Positions 8,059-20,239 are shown, counted from the stretch's first letter. The stretch is 41,647 nucleotides of DNA from Gemmatimonadota bacterium (GCA_031372565.1 JANMLN010000187.1:1-41647), one strand, 5' to 3'. Made by a program: numbers and translations. The notes: generated from the sequence alone by a model not told the origin.

Positions 8059-10964
8059 GTGCCAAGCCCCCTCACTTCGACCATCGCCCTCGCGCTCGCC
8101 TTCGCTGGCCGCGCCCTCGTGGCACAAGAGGCGCCCCCCCTCGGCGCGCAGAACCCACCCAGCGTCGCGTGGGACGTGCTCTCGAGTCCGAGGTTCGACA
8201 TTCTGCACCCGCGCGAGTTGGCGGCGGAGGCGCAGCGCACGGCCCGGCTGCTCGAGGGGATCGCGCCGGCCGTCCAGCGCTCGCTGGGCGTCGTGCCGCC
8301 GCGCCTCTCGCTGGTGCTGCAGAACCAGGGCGTGATCAACAACGGCTTTGTGGCCCTCGCACCGCGCCGCTCCGAATGGTTCGCGACTGCGCCGCAGGTG
8401 GCGGCGTTCGCCGGTCCGGTGGACTGGTTCACGATGCTCGCCACGCATGAGTACCGTCACGTGGCGCAGTTCTCGAAGATGCGACGCGGCTTCGTCGGCT
8501 TCATGGGCAACGTGTTTGGCGAGACCGGCTGGCTCTTCGCGGCCAACGTGGCGCTGCCCCCCTGGGTGTGGGAAGGCGATGCGGTTGGCATCGAGACGGC
8601 GCTGACCGCCGGTGGTCGCGGGCGGATTCCGGCGTTCAACGTTGAGCAGCGCGCGCTCGCGCTCGAGAAGCCCCGGCCGGACTACTGGACCGCGTACTGG
8701 CGCTCGTATGGCCGTTTCGTGCCCGACCATTACCAGCTGGGCTACGCCATCACCTCGTGGTTGACGCTCACGCAGGGGCCCGCGGCGTGGGACTCGATCC
8801 TCGGTCGTGCGGCCGACCGCGCGTGGCAGCCGTGGGGCTTCGGCCGCGCCATGCGCGAGGTGGCCGGGCAGGGCGCAGCGGAGACGTATGCACTCGCGCT
8901 GGACTCGCTGACGCGGGCGTGGAAGGCGCAGGTTGCCGGCCTCGCGTTCACGCCGGTCGCACCGACGCACGCCCTCGATACCGCCAACTTCAGCTGGACC
9001 GAGTATCCGCAGTTCACGAGCGACGGCCACCTGATCGCGTTCCGTCGTGGCATCGACATCCTGTACGGCTTCGTGCGACTGACGCCGGGCGACACCGCGA
9101 CGATGGGGGAGACGCTGTTCACGCCGGCGCCGTATCAGTTTGGCGTGCCGCACTCTGTCGGCGGTGATCGACTGGCGCATGCCGAGACGGTGTTCGACGT
9201 GCGATGGGGCCAGCGACAGTGGTCGACGGTTCGCGTCCGGGAGCTGTCCACGGGACGCGACTGGACGTTGGGCGATCGCCGCCGCTGGTTTGCGCCCGCG
9301 CTCTCCCCCGATGGACAGCGGGTCGCGGTGGTCGAGCAAGGGACCGACGGTGTGGTGACGCTGCTCGTGGTCGACGCCACCACGGGCGCGGAGCAGCTGC
9401 GACTGCCCAACCCGGACAATGACCAACTGCAGGTGCCTCGATGGGCGCCGGACGGCCAGCACCTCGTCTACGCCCGCGTGACTCGTACAAAGGGGCGTTC
9501 GCTCGTGTGGGCGGATCTCGGCACACGCACGGAGCGCGTCATCGTCGGGCCCACGCAAGTGGCCGTGTACGGACAAGTGACCGATGGACGCGTGCTGTAC
9601 TACGTGTCGCCGCACACGGGCATCGACAACATCTTCGCCACGCATCTCGGCGACGGCCGCACCTGGCAAGTCACGCAACGGCCCGTGTCGGCCAGCGCAC
9701 CGGCGCTGTCGCCGGATGGACACACGCTCGCGTTCCAGGAGATGACGGGCGACGGTGAGCGTGTCGTGACGATGGCGGTCGATACGACGCAGTGGATCGC
9801 GCTCGACCGCGCCATCGTGCGGCCGCTGGGGTGGGCCGAGGGGCTCGCCGCGCGCCTCGGTCCCGCACCGGCGCCGGATACGGGCGCGGCGGTGCCCTAC
9901 AGCGTCACGCCGTACCGTGCGTGGCAGCACGCCCTCAACTTCTATGGTGTCACACTCAGCGCGAGTCCGATCAGTCCCGTTGCGAGTGCGGCCGTGTCGT
10001 CGCGCGACCTGCTCGGGACCACGGCACTGTCGGTGGGCGGCCGCGTCAACACGAACGAGGGCACGTACGCGCTGGGGGTGAGCGGCACGTACGCCGGCTG
10101 GTGGCCGGTGGTGGATGCGTCGTTGTTTCGCGAGACGCGCCAGAGCACCTACCTCCGCCGCATCGACTCCATCCGCGTGCGCGAGTTCTCGTACAACTGG
10201 TCAGAGGTCAACGCGTCGCTCGGGTTCACGCTGCCGTTCAACCTGACGCGCGGCCTCTTCTCCACGTACCTGAACCTCGGGGGCGTGCTCACGGCGCGGC
10301 GTACGACCGATCAGCCCGTGAACTTCCGCATCGCGTCGGGCGAGCGGTTGTTGTCGAACGGGACCTTCCTGCCGGTCACCTGGTTTGCGAGCGCGGGTCG
10401 CGGCTACCAGACCTATCGCGACCTGCAGCCGGTGTGGGGACAGTATGCGGTGCTGCTGTACCAGCACACACCGCTCACGAAGAGTGTCAACAGCGGCGCG
10501 TTGCTCTCCGGGCGCAGTTACCTCTACTTCCCGGGCTTCGTGCGCCACCATGGCATCCTCGTCGAGGGCGGCTACGAGCGGCAGTGGGCAGGCAACTACT
10601 TCTTCTCGTCGCAGATGGTGTTCCCGCGCGGGTACAGCGCCGTGTCGTTCGACCGGTTCAAGAAGGTGGCGGTCACGTATTCGCTGCCGATCGACTACGT
10701 CGACAAACATTACCTCGGCGTGGTGCAGGTGCAGCGCATCCGGAGCAACGTCTTTCATGACTACGGCGTCGGCGAGTTGTTGCCCTCGGTCGCAGCGCCG
10801 ACCATCCGGCCGACATCGTTCACGTATACGTCGAGCGGCATCGAGTTGATCGCGGACACGTACTTCTGGCAGTTCCCGGCTCCCGTCGGCATCGGCTTCC
10901 GCACGGTGTACACGCACGAGGAGAAGCGACTGCGCACCAATCTCGTGTTGCAGGTGAGCTTCTG

Positions 10965-10965
<1 letters not shown>
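8059..10965 (+). CDS. Outer-membrane protein: N-terminal zincin-like peptidase domain, TolB/PD40 beta-propeller, C-terminal beta-barrel (Omp85-like)
   Basis: Signal peptide, HEYRH plus downstream WVWEGDAV, propeller repeats (PALSPDG, PRWAPDG), amphipathic strands and a terminal Phe (LVLQVSF). Start GTG 8059 is inferred. Confidence 0.75.
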
Positions 10966-13026
<2,061 letters not shown>

Positions 13027-13037
<11 letters not shown>

Positions 13038-13181
13038 GGGCAGCGAAGGATCTGCTTTTCGCGGGCTTCCTCCCCCGAGCTGTCGTCCTGAGCGCAGCGA
13101 AGGACCTGCTTTTCTCGGGCTTCCTTCGTCGAGCTAGGGTCGGGAGGCACAAGCAGGTCCTTCGCTTCGCTCAGGACGACA
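13027..13181. repeat. REP-like cluster: two 54-bp tandem units plus an inverted copy forming a long hairpin
   Basis: 13027-13080 versus 13081-13134 match at 46/54 nt. 13081-13111 versus the reverse complement of 13151-13181 match at 30/31 nt. Confidence 0.9.
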
Positions 13182-13187
13182 TATATT
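13182..13187 (+). promoter_or_regulatory. Putative -10 element (TATATT) for the leader-hppD-hmgA transcript
   Basis: AT-rich TAnnnT hexamer in GC-rich context, 5 nt before ATG 13193. Confidence 0.55.
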
Positions 13188-13192
13188 GCGGG

Positions 13193-13294
13193 ATGGCTCC
13201 TCGCGCGCCCTCCCGGATCGCACCCAACGGCGTCATTGGCGTCGAGTGGTCGCGCTGGTGGACCTCGGCGCGCACGGGCGCGCGCGGCGACTGA
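13193..13294 (+). CDS. Putative Trp-rich leader peptide (MAPRAPSRIAPNGVIGVEWSRWWTSARTGARGD)
   Basis: 33-codon ORF with TGG codons at 13247, 13256 and 13259, in the 5' leader of hppD, starting just after a -10-like hexamer. Confidence 0.55.
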   Translation: MAPRAPSRIAPNGVIGVEWSRWWTSARTGARGD

Positions 13295-13429
13295 CGGAAT
13301 CCCCCGGTCCGGGTGGCGCCTGCCGCCGCCCAGACCGGTGTTGCGTTGTGCCGGTCGAGGCCCGCTCCGGGCGCCCGGTTCCACACCGACCGACAGGGCC
13401 CGATCGCGCGGCCCACCGAGGGTTCCTCC

Positions 13430-14554
13430 ATGGCTACCAGCAGCGCTCCCGTCGCCTCGCAGACGCATGACACCTTCCCGATCAACGGGACGGATTACAT
13501 CGAGTTCTACGTCGGCAACGCCAAGCAGGCGTCGCTCTTCTACCAGACAGCGTTCGGCTACGAGCTCGTCGCCTACCGCGGCCCCGAGACCGGTGTCCGC
13601 GACCGGGTGAGCTACCTGCTCCAGCAGGACAAGATCCGCCTCCTGCTCACGTCGCCATTGGGACCCGAGGGACCGATTGCCGCGCATGTGAACCGGCACG
13701 GCGACGGCGTACGCGACCTCGCCTTCTGGGTGGATGATTGCCGCGACGCGTGGGCCAAGGCCGTCGAGCGCGGCGCCACGTCGGTGCAGGAGCCGACCGT
13801 CCTGTCCGACGCCGACGGCGAGATCGTGACGGCCGCGATTGCCACGTATGGCGAGACGATCCATTCGCTGGTGGAGCGCAAGAACTACCGCGGCCTGTTC
13901 ATGCCGGGCTTCCGAGCCGCCTCGTCGCCGGTGCCGGTGCGGCCGGTCGGCCTCAAGTACGTGGACCACTGCGTCGGCAATGTCGAGCTTGGCAAGATGA
14001 ACGAGTGGGTCGCCTTCTACGAGCGCGTCCTCGGCTTCTTCAACCTGCTCACGTTCGACGACAAGGACATCAGCACGGAGTACTCGTCGCTCATGTCCAA
14101 GGTCATGAGCAATGGCAACGGACGCATCAAGTTCCCGATCAACGAGCCCGCCTCGGGCAAGAAGAAGTCGCAGATCGAGGAGTATCTCGACTTCTATCGC
14201 GGGCCTGGCGTGCAGCACATCGCGATCGCCACCGACGACATCATCACGACCGTGAGCGAACTCAAGGCGCGCGGCGTGGCGTTCCTGAATACGCCCAGTT
14301 CGTACTACGAGGAGCTGCAGGCACGGGTCGGCGTGATCGACGAGCCGCTCGAGGTGTTGGCGCAGCTCGGCATCCTCGTGGATCGGGATGACGAGGGCTA
14401 CCTGCTCCAGATCTTCACCAAGCCGGTGCAGGACCGCCCCACGCTCTTCTACGAGATCATCCAGCGGAAGGGTGCCAAGGGGTTCGGGAAGGGGAACTTC
14501 AAGGCGCTCTTCGAGAGCATCGAACGCGAGCAGGATCTGCGGGGGAATCTCTAG
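13430..14554 (+). CDS. hppD: 4-hydroxyphenylpyruvate dioxygenase
   Basis: Motifs YIEFYVGNAKQA, HGDGVRDLAF, DHCVGNV, SQIEEYL, GVQHIA, FYEIIQR and GFGKGNFKALFESIE. Confidence 0.97.
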   Translation: MATSSAPVASQTHDTFPINGTDYIEFYVGNAKQASLFYQTAFGYELVAYRGPETGVRDRVSYLLQQDKIRLLLTSPLGPEGPIAAHVNRHGDGVRDLAFWVDDCRDAWAKAVERGATSVQEPTVLSDADGEIVTAAIATYGETIHSLVERKNYRGLFMPGFRAASSPVPVRPVGLKYVDHCVGNVELGKMNEWVAFYERVLGFFNLLTFDDKDISTEYSSLMSKVMSNGNGRIKFPINEPASGKKKSQIEEYLDFYRGPGVQHIAIATDDIITTVSELKARGVAFLNTPSSYYEELQARVGVIDEPLEVLAQLGILVDRDDEGYLLQIFTKPVQDRPTLFYEIIQRKGAKGFGKGNFKALFESIEREQDLRGNL

Positions 14555-14557
14555 ACC

Positions 14558-15751
14558 ATGCCGTTCTATCACACGCTGGGCGCCATGCCGCGCAAGCGGC
14601 ACACGATCTTTCGTCGGCCCGATGGCGGCCTGTACGCCGAAGAACTCATGGGACACGAGGGGTTTGTCGGGACGTCGAGTCTGTTGTACCACACGCATCC
14701 GCCGACCACGGTCAAGACGGCGCGGCGGGTGCGCGAGGACCGCTGGGAGGCCGACGAGAGCACCTCGCTCCGGCATCGCCACTTCCTGACGAGCCGAGCC
14801 CGGACGCGCGGCTCGGCCACGATGGATCGCACCCCGCTGCTGTTCAACGCCGACATCAAGATGGCGTACGTGGAGCCCGATGCGACGGACGCGCACTTCT
14901 ATCGCAACTCGCAGGCCGATGAGGTGGTGTACGTGGTGGAGGGGCACGGCACGCTGGCGTCGGTGTTCGGCGACCTGCCGTACCAGCCGGGCGACTATGT
15001 GGTGATCCACCGGAACATCACGCACCAGTGGCAGCTCGACACCGCAGCGGGACCCACGAAGCTCCTCGTGATGGAGAGCGCGGGCCACGTCCGGTTCCCG
15101 ACGCGCTATCGGAACGAGTTCGGCCAGCTCCTCGAAGGGGCGCCGTTCTCCGAGCGCGACATTCGCGTGCCGCGCGCGCTGGCACCGCGCGACGAGATGG
15201 GCGACTTCCCGATCTTCGTGAAGCAGTACGACGCGATCAACGAGTTGGTGCTCGACCACCATCCGTTCGACGTGGTCGGCTGGGACGGCTATTTCTACCC
15301 GTGGGCGTTCAACATCCACGACTTCGAGCCGATCGTCGGGCGCATCCACCAACCGCCGCCGGTGCACCAGACGTTCCAGGGCGACGGATTCGTGATCTGC
15401 TCGTTCTGCCCGCGCCCCTTCGATTTCGACCCGAACGCGATCCCCGCGCCGTACAACCACAGCAACGTGGATTCGGACGAGGTGCTGTTCTACGCCTCGA
15501 GTGAGTTCATGAGCCGGAAGGGGATCGAGTACGGGTCGATCACGCTGCATCCGGACGGGCTGCCGCACGGACCGCATCCGGGACGGACCGAGGCGTCGAT
15601 CGGTGCCAAGGCGACCAACGAGCTGGCGGTGATGATGGACTCGTTCCGTCCGCTCAAGGTGGCGAAGGCGGCCATGTCAATCGAGGACCCGGCGTACCAC
15701 CAGAGCTGGCTGGACGCGACGCACGCGGCGTTCAGTCCGCCGACGTCGTAG
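14558..15751 (+). CDS. hmgA: Homogentisate 1,2-dioxygenase
   Basis: Motifs HPFDVVGWDG, GRIHQPPPVH, PYNHSNVDSDEVLFY, TLHPDGLPHGP and ELAVMMDSFRPL; 3 nt after hppD. Confidence 0.95.
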   Translation: MPFYHTLGAMPRKRHTIFRRPDGGLYAEELMGHEGFVGTSSLLYHTHPPTTVKTARRVREDRWEADESTSLRHRHFLTSRARTRGSATMDRTPLLFNADIKMAYVEPDATDAHFYRNSQADEVVYVVEGHGTLASVFGDLPYQPGDYVVIHRNITHQWQLDTAAGPTKLLVMESAGHVRFPTRYRNEFGQLLEGAPFSERDIRVPRALAPRDEMGDFPIFVKQYDAINELVLDHHPFDVVGWDGYFYPWAFNIHDFEPIVGRIHQPPPVHQTFQGDGFVICSFCPRPFDFDPNAIPAPYNHSNVDSDEVLFYASSEFMSRKGIEYGSITLHPDGLPHGPHPGRTEASIGAKATNELAVMMDSFRPLKVAKAAMSIEDPAYHQSWLDATHAAFSPPTS

Positions 15752-15757
15752 GGGAGC

Positions 15758-15781
15758 AGCAGGTCCGTCGCTTCGCTCAGG
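15758..15781 (-). repeat. Single REP-like copy between convergent genes
   Basis: agcaggtccgtcgcttcgctcagg matches 13152-13175 (agcaggtccttcgcttcgctcagg) with one mismatch. Confidence 0.85.
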
Positions 15782-15784
15782 GGG

Positions 15785-16624
15785 TTACGGCTTGTCTTGC
15801 TCGCCGCGGCGGACGTTGCGCACGCGCGTCCACATCAGCACCACGCCGCATGACCCGGTCAGCTGCTTCTTGAACTGACTGGGCACCGTGGCGGGGCCGT
15901 TGTAGATCTCGATCGCCTCGAGATCCACCGGTCGCGTGGATCGGTGGATCGCTTCCTGGTCGGTCGGAATCCCGTCGAGATACATGTCCATGAGGCAGAC
16001 GCTGTTCTCCAGCGAACGCCCGCCGCGCTGCGACGTGATCAGGTACCACCCATTGGGGCCCGGTTCGACCCCGACCCCCGCGATGCCGCGCAGCAACTCA
16101 CCCACACTTGGCGAGTTGCGGTCGTTGATCTGCACCTGGGTCAGGAAGGTGCCGATCCCCGCCTTCCGCCGCTCCTCGAACCCCTGCAGCCACTCGTAGC
16201 CGCGCGTGTTCGTGCCGCGCACGCGCACCCCCGTGAGGACCGGTGTGACGCGGGGCGTGCGAATCGTGATCTGGTACTCCTCGGGGAGGGCGAGCTCCAT
16301 GTTGCCCGTCTCGCCCCCCATGAAGCCGACCTTGCGCACCCGGATGGAGAAGGTGCCCACCTTGGGCGCGCGCACGAGAAAGTTGCCGCCGGAGTCGGTC
16401 TTGGTGGTGGCGACCGCGGTGATCGAGTCGCTGAAGAGGATCACCGTCGCCTCGGGGACCGGGCGGTTACCGGTGATCTCGACGACCTTGCCGCGCACCG
16501 ACTGCGCGGCGAGCGACGTGCCGCTCGACAGGACCAGGCCGATCAGCAGCGAGAGCCGGGGGTGCGCACGCATCAGCATGGCGCCCATACCCCACACCAG
16601 TGCGAAAAGTTCGTCTCGAAGCAT
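15785..16624 (-). CDS. Secreted protein: carboxypeptidase-regulatory-like domain plus TonB-receptor plug-like domain (no barrel)
   Basis: Signal peptide ending SLAAQ; VRGKVV..PVPEATV..TDSGGNF; GFEERRKAGIGTFL; DLEAIEIYNG..CGVVLMWTR. Start uncertain (16624 or 16588). Confidence 0.75.
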   Translation of the reverse strand: MLRDELFALVWGMGAMLMRAHPRLSLLIGLVLSSGTSLAAQSVRGKVVEITGNRPVPEATVILFSDSITAVATTKTDSGGNFLVRAPKVGTFSIRVRKVGFMGGETGNMELALPEEYQITIRTPRVTPVLTGVRVRGTNTRGYEWLQGFEERRKAGIGTFLTQVQINDRNSPSVGELLRGIAGVGVEPGPNGWYLITSQRGGRSLENSVCLMDMYLDGIPTDQEAIHRSTRPVDLEAIEIYNGPATVPSQFKKQLTGSCGVVLMWTRVRNVRRGEQDKP

Positions 16625-16677
16625 CGTCAAATCTGGTAGATCGCGCACGCAACGCCAGCGGGGCGGTGCAGCTCGGG

Positions 16678-17454
16678 CTACTTCGCCTTGAACCGCGCGA
16701 TGGCCTGCCGCGTGAACTGCGACAGCACGAGGCGACCGCTCATGGCGGCGCGCTCGGGGAGGAGGGTCGGCCAGTGCTCCGTGCCTGCCCAGAACGTCCG
16801 CTTGAGGAGCGTCATCGCCTCCGGGTTCGCCTGCAAGAGTTTCTTGAGCGTGACGCCCAACAGCGCGTCGAACTCCGCCGGCGTGTCTGCAACCTTGGCG
16901 TAAAGCCCGTGTTGCGCAGCCCACGACGCCGAGAAGAAGTCGGCATCGACCGTCAGTGTCTGGAAGGCGCCGACGCCCATCTTGCGTTCGACCGCAGGGC
17001 CGACGACGAACGGGCCGATGCCGACGGCGAGTTCGGAGAGCTTGATGCTCGCACTGGCCATGGCGATCGCGTACTCGGAGGCGGCGCAGATGCCGACCCC
17101 TCCGCCCGCGACCTTGCCGTGCACGCGCGTCACGATGAACTGTGGCGCGTCCCGCATGGCGAGGATCACGCGCGCGAACCCCATGAAAAACTCGGTGCCC
17201 TGCGCCTCGTCCTCGATCGCCACGAGCTCGTCGAAACTCGCGCCCGCGCAGAACGACCCCGTCCCCTCGCTCTGCAGCAGGATGACGCGCGCATCGCGCG
17301 ACCGTCCGACCTCGGCAATCGTGAGGGCAAGCTGCCGGAGCAGCGCGCTGGGCAGGGAATTGCCCTTGGGGTGGGAGAAACTCACCGTCGCGATGCCATC
17401 GGCGATGGTGGCGGTCACAGTGCCCGGTTCGGGCAGGATCGAGGGAGCCGTCAT
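16678..17454 (-). CDS. Enoyl-CoA hydratase/isomerase (methylglutaconyl-CoA hydratase-like)
   Basis: Motifs FCAGASFDEL, VHGKVAGGGVG and LSELAVGIGPFV. TATCCT lies 7 nt upstream of the ATG. Confidence 0.88.
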   Translation of the reverse strand: MTAPSILPEPGTVTATIADGIATVSFSHPKGNSLPSALLRQLALTIAEVGRSRDARVILLQSEGTGSFCAGASFDELVAIEDEAQGTEFFMGFARVILAMRDAPQFIVTRVHGKVAGGGVGICAASEYAIAMASASIKLSELAVGIGPFVVGPAVERKMGVGAFQTLTVDADFFSASWAAQHGLYAKVADTPAEFDALLGVTLKKLLQANPEAMTLLKRTFWAGTEHWPTLLPERAAMSGRLVLSQFTRQAIARFKAK

Positions 17455-17563
17455 GACAGGGAGGATACCGACTGCGGGCCGTTGTGGCGAGCGGTGAAGT
17501 CCCGGTAGATTCCCTCAAGCCCAGCAACACCCGGGTGGGCAGGCCCCTGACGCTCCGCAACCG

Positions 17564-18532
17564 ATGACACCGACCGTCCAGGCACACCCCGAGGACGCGG
17601 CCCAGGTGGCCGCCTTCGAGGCGCGCATCGCCGCTGGCGAGCATATCGAGCCGAAAGACTGGATGCCGGAGCGCTACCGCCGGCAGCTCATTCGCATGAT
17701 GTCCCAGCACGCGCATTCCGAGTGCGTCGGCATGTTGCCCGAAGGGAACTGGATCACGCGAGCCCCCTCGTTGCGCCGAAAGATGACGCTCATCGCCAAG
17801 GTGCAGGACGAAGCGGGCCATGGGCATTACATCTACTGCGCCACCGAGACGCTGGGCGTGAGTCGTGACGAACTCCTCGACGATCTCCACGCGGGCAAGG
17901 CCAAGTACTCGTCGATCTTCAACTACCCCACGCTCACCTGGGCCGACATCGGCGTGATCGGCTGGTTCGTCGACGGGGCCGCGATCGTGAACCAGACGGT
18001 GCTGGCCAAGGCGAGCTATGGCCCCTACGCGCGGTCGATGATCCGGATCTGCAAGGAAGAGAACTTCCACAAGCGCCAGGGCTACGAGATCTGTGCGGTG
18101 CTGGCGCAGGGGACGGACGCGCAGCGGGCGATGCTGCAGGACGCGGTGAACCGTTGGTGGTGGCCGTCGCTCATGATGTTCGGACCGCCGGATGGCGCGT
18201 CGTCGAACTCCGATGAGTTGCTGCGCTGGAAGGTCAAGCGCTACACGAACGACGAGCTGCGTCAGCGGTTCATCAACCTGACCGTTCCGCAGGCGCAGGC
18301 GATCAACGTGGCCCTGCCCGACGCCGCCCTGCACTACGACACGACGAGTGGCCATTGGCAGTCCGGGCCCATCGACTGGGACGAGTTCTGGCAGGTCGTG
18401 AAGGGGAACGGACCGCTCAACCGGGAGCGCGTGGCGGCGCGCAAGGCGGCGCACGACGACGGGGCGTGGGTGCGCGCGGCCGCCGAGGCGCATGCGGCCA
18501 AGCAGGCGGCGCGTCGCGCGGCCGTGGCGTAG
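17564..18532 (+). CDS. paaA: Phenylacetyl-CoA 1,2-epoxidase subunit A
   Basis: Motifs [46 protein letters not shown] and [14 protein letters not shown]. Confidence 0.97.
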   Translation: MTPTVQAHPEDAAQVAAFEARIAAGEHIEPKDWMPERYRRQLIRMMSQHAHSECVGMLPEGNWITRAPSLRRKMTLIAKVQDEAGHGHYIYCATETLGVSRDELLDDLHAGKAKYSSIFNYPTLTWADIGVIGWFVDGAAIVNQTVLAKASYGPYARSMIRICKEENFHKRQGYEICAVLAQGTDAQRAMLQDAVNRWWWPSLMMFGPPDGASSNSDELLRWKVKRYTNDELRQRFINLTVPQAQAINVALPDAALHYDTTSGHWQSGPIDWDEFWQVVKGNGPLNRERVAARKAAHDDGAWVRAAAEAHAAKQAARRAAVA

Positions 18533-18545
18533 GCGCGATGATCGC

Positions 18546-18848
18546 ATGACGGATAACAACGCGACCGGCACCCAGTGGCCCCTGTGGGAAGTATTCACGC
18601 AGGAGGTGAGCGGTGCGCCGCATGAACACGCGGGCAGCGTCCATGCCGTCGACGGCGAGCAGGCGCTCCAGAACGCGCGCGACGTCTTCGGACGCCGCGG
18701 CAAGGTGATCTCGCTGTGGGTCGTGCCGAGCGATGCGATCGTGGCGTCGACGCCATCCGACGCGGGACCCTTCTTCGACCCCGGCAGCGAGAAGGCGTAT
18801 CGGCATCCGCAGTTCTACAAGGCGCCCCGCGGCGTGCGGATCTACTAG
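18546..18848 (+). CDS. paaB: Phenylacetyl-CoA 1,2-epoxidase subunit B
   Basis: Motifs WPLWEVF, HAGSVHA, ALQNARDVFGRR, SLWVV and KAYRHPQFY. Confidence 0.95.
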   Translation: MTDNNATGTQWPLWEVFTQEVSGAPHEHAGSVHAVDGEQALQNARDVFGRRGKVISLWVVPSDAIVASTPSDAGPFFDPGSEKAYRHPQFYKAPRGVRIY

Positions 18849-18849
18849 G

Positions 18850-19722
18850 GTGGGCTACGGGTCGATCCCCGACGAGCCGGAGTTCGGTGCCGGCTCCGAT
18901 GCCCCGGCGCAGGTCCGGCCGGTCTCGCTGGAGCAGAGCGTGCAGGTCGCGACGATCACCAGTGGCGTCGCCACCAACGCGCACGTCGAGTACCTGCTCC
19001 GGCTGGCGGACGATCGCCTCATCCTCGGCCACCGGTTGAGCGAATGGTGCGGCCATGCGCCGATTCTCGAGGAAGACATCGCGCTGGCCAACATCGCGCT
19101 CGACCTGATCGGTCAGGCGTCGCTGCTGCTCGAGCACGCTGGTGCCCTCGAGGGCGCGGGCCGCTCCAACGATGCGCTGGCCTTCCTTCGCGACGAGACC
19201 GCGTTCCGCAACGTGCAGCTGGTCGAGTTGCCCAACGGCGACTTCGCCGTCACGATCGCGCGGCTCTTCCTGTACAGCGCCTTGCAAGTGCCGTTGCTCG
19301 AGGCGCTCGAACGTTCGTCCGACGCGACGCTGGCCGGTATCGCGGCCAAGGCGCGCAAGGAGAGCACCTACCACCTGCGGCATGGCGCTGACTGGATGCT
19401 CAAGCTCGGCGACGGAACCGCGGAGTCGCATGAGCGCATGCAACGCGCGTTCAACGCGCTGTGGCCCTACGCGCAGGAACTGCTGTGGGGCGATGCTGTG
19501 GATGACGCCATGGCCGCCGAGTCGATCGCCACGGACGTGCGCACGCTTGCCGACGCCTGGCGTTCGAACGTCGATCGCGTCGTTGCGGCGGCCACGCTCA
19601 CGATGCCGACGGACAGCTGGCGCCCCTCCGGTGGTCGCACGGGCCGGCACACCGAGCATCTCGGCCACCTGCTGGCCGTCATGCAAGTGCTGCCGCGCTC
19701 GCATCCGGGCGCCGCGTGGTAG
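18850..19722 (+). CDS. paaC: Phenylacetyl-CoA 1,2-epoxidase subunit C
   Basis: Motifs LRLADDRLILGHRLSEWCGHAP.LEEDIAL.NIALD, ELPNGDFA, KESTYH and GRHTEHLGHLL. GTG 18850 is inferred. Confidence 0.95.
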   Translation: MGYGSIPDEPEFGAGSDAPAQVRPVSLEQSVQVATITSGVATNAHVEYLLRLADDRLILGHRLSEWCGHAPILEEDIALANIALDLIGQASLLLEHAGALEGAGRSNDALAFLRDETAFRNVQLVELPNGDFAVTIARLFLYSALQVPLLEALERSSDATLAGIAAKARKESTYHLRHGADWMLKLGDGTAESHERMQRAFNALWPYAQELLWGDAVDDAMAAESIATDVRTLADAWRSNVDRVVAAATLTMPTDSWRPSGGRTGRHTEHLGHLLAVMQVLPRSHPGAAW

Positions 19723-20234
19723 CGAGCGCGCTCGCCCCGACCGCAGACACCCTCTGGGACGTGCTCGGCAGCGTGCTGGATCCCGAGGTGCCGGTGCTGA
19801 GCGTCGTTGATCTTGGCATCGTGCGCGACATCCGCGTCGATGCGTCGGGCACCGAGGTCACCATCACGCCTACCTACTCCGGCTGCCCCGCGATTCAGGT
19901 CATCGAGCGGGACATCGAGCAGGCATTGGTACGTGCGGGCGCCTACCTGCCGCGCGTGCGGACCGTCTTTGCGCCGGCATGGACCTCCGATTGGATCGGC
20001 CCGGCTGCGCGCGAGAAGCTGCGGGCCTACGGCATCGCGCCGCCAGGACCGCGCGTGGATGCGGCCGATCCGCTGGTGCAGATCCTCACGCGGGCTACGG
20101 CGCCCGACGTGGCATGCCCCTTCTGCGGTGCGCCGAGGACGGAGCTTCGCAGCGCGTTCGGACCGACGGCCTGCAAAAGCATCCGCTTCTGTTCGAGCTG
20201 CCACCAACCGTTCGAAGCGTTCAAGCCGATCTGA
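19716..20234 (+). CDS. paaD: Phenylacetyl-CoA epoxidase subunit D (PaaD/PaaJ)
   Basis: Motifs DPEVPVLSVVDLGIVR, TPTYSGCPA, CPFCG and FGPTACKS..C..C.QPFEAFK. Confidence 0.95.
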   Translation: MVASALAPTADTLWDVLGSVLDPEVPVLSVVDLGIVRDIRVDASGTEVTITPTYSGCPAIQVIERDIEQALVRAGAYLPRVRTVFAPAWTSDWIGPAAREKLRAYGIAPPGPRVDAADPLVQILTRATAPDVACPFCGAPRTELRSAFGPTACKSIRFCSSCHQPFEAFKPI

Positions 20235-20239
20235 GCGCC

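Noticed and set aside
7075..9930. Apparent long overlap of the 1296-aa (+) and 888-aa (-) ORFs
   Set aside because: Recognisable protein sequence starts only at 8059 (+) and 8037 (-); the extensions are mutual shadows.
15785..18703. 972-aa ORF suggesting a large fusion protein
   Set aside because: Only the last ~280 aa are protein-like; the rest overlaps the crotonase in another frame and paaA/paaB antisense.
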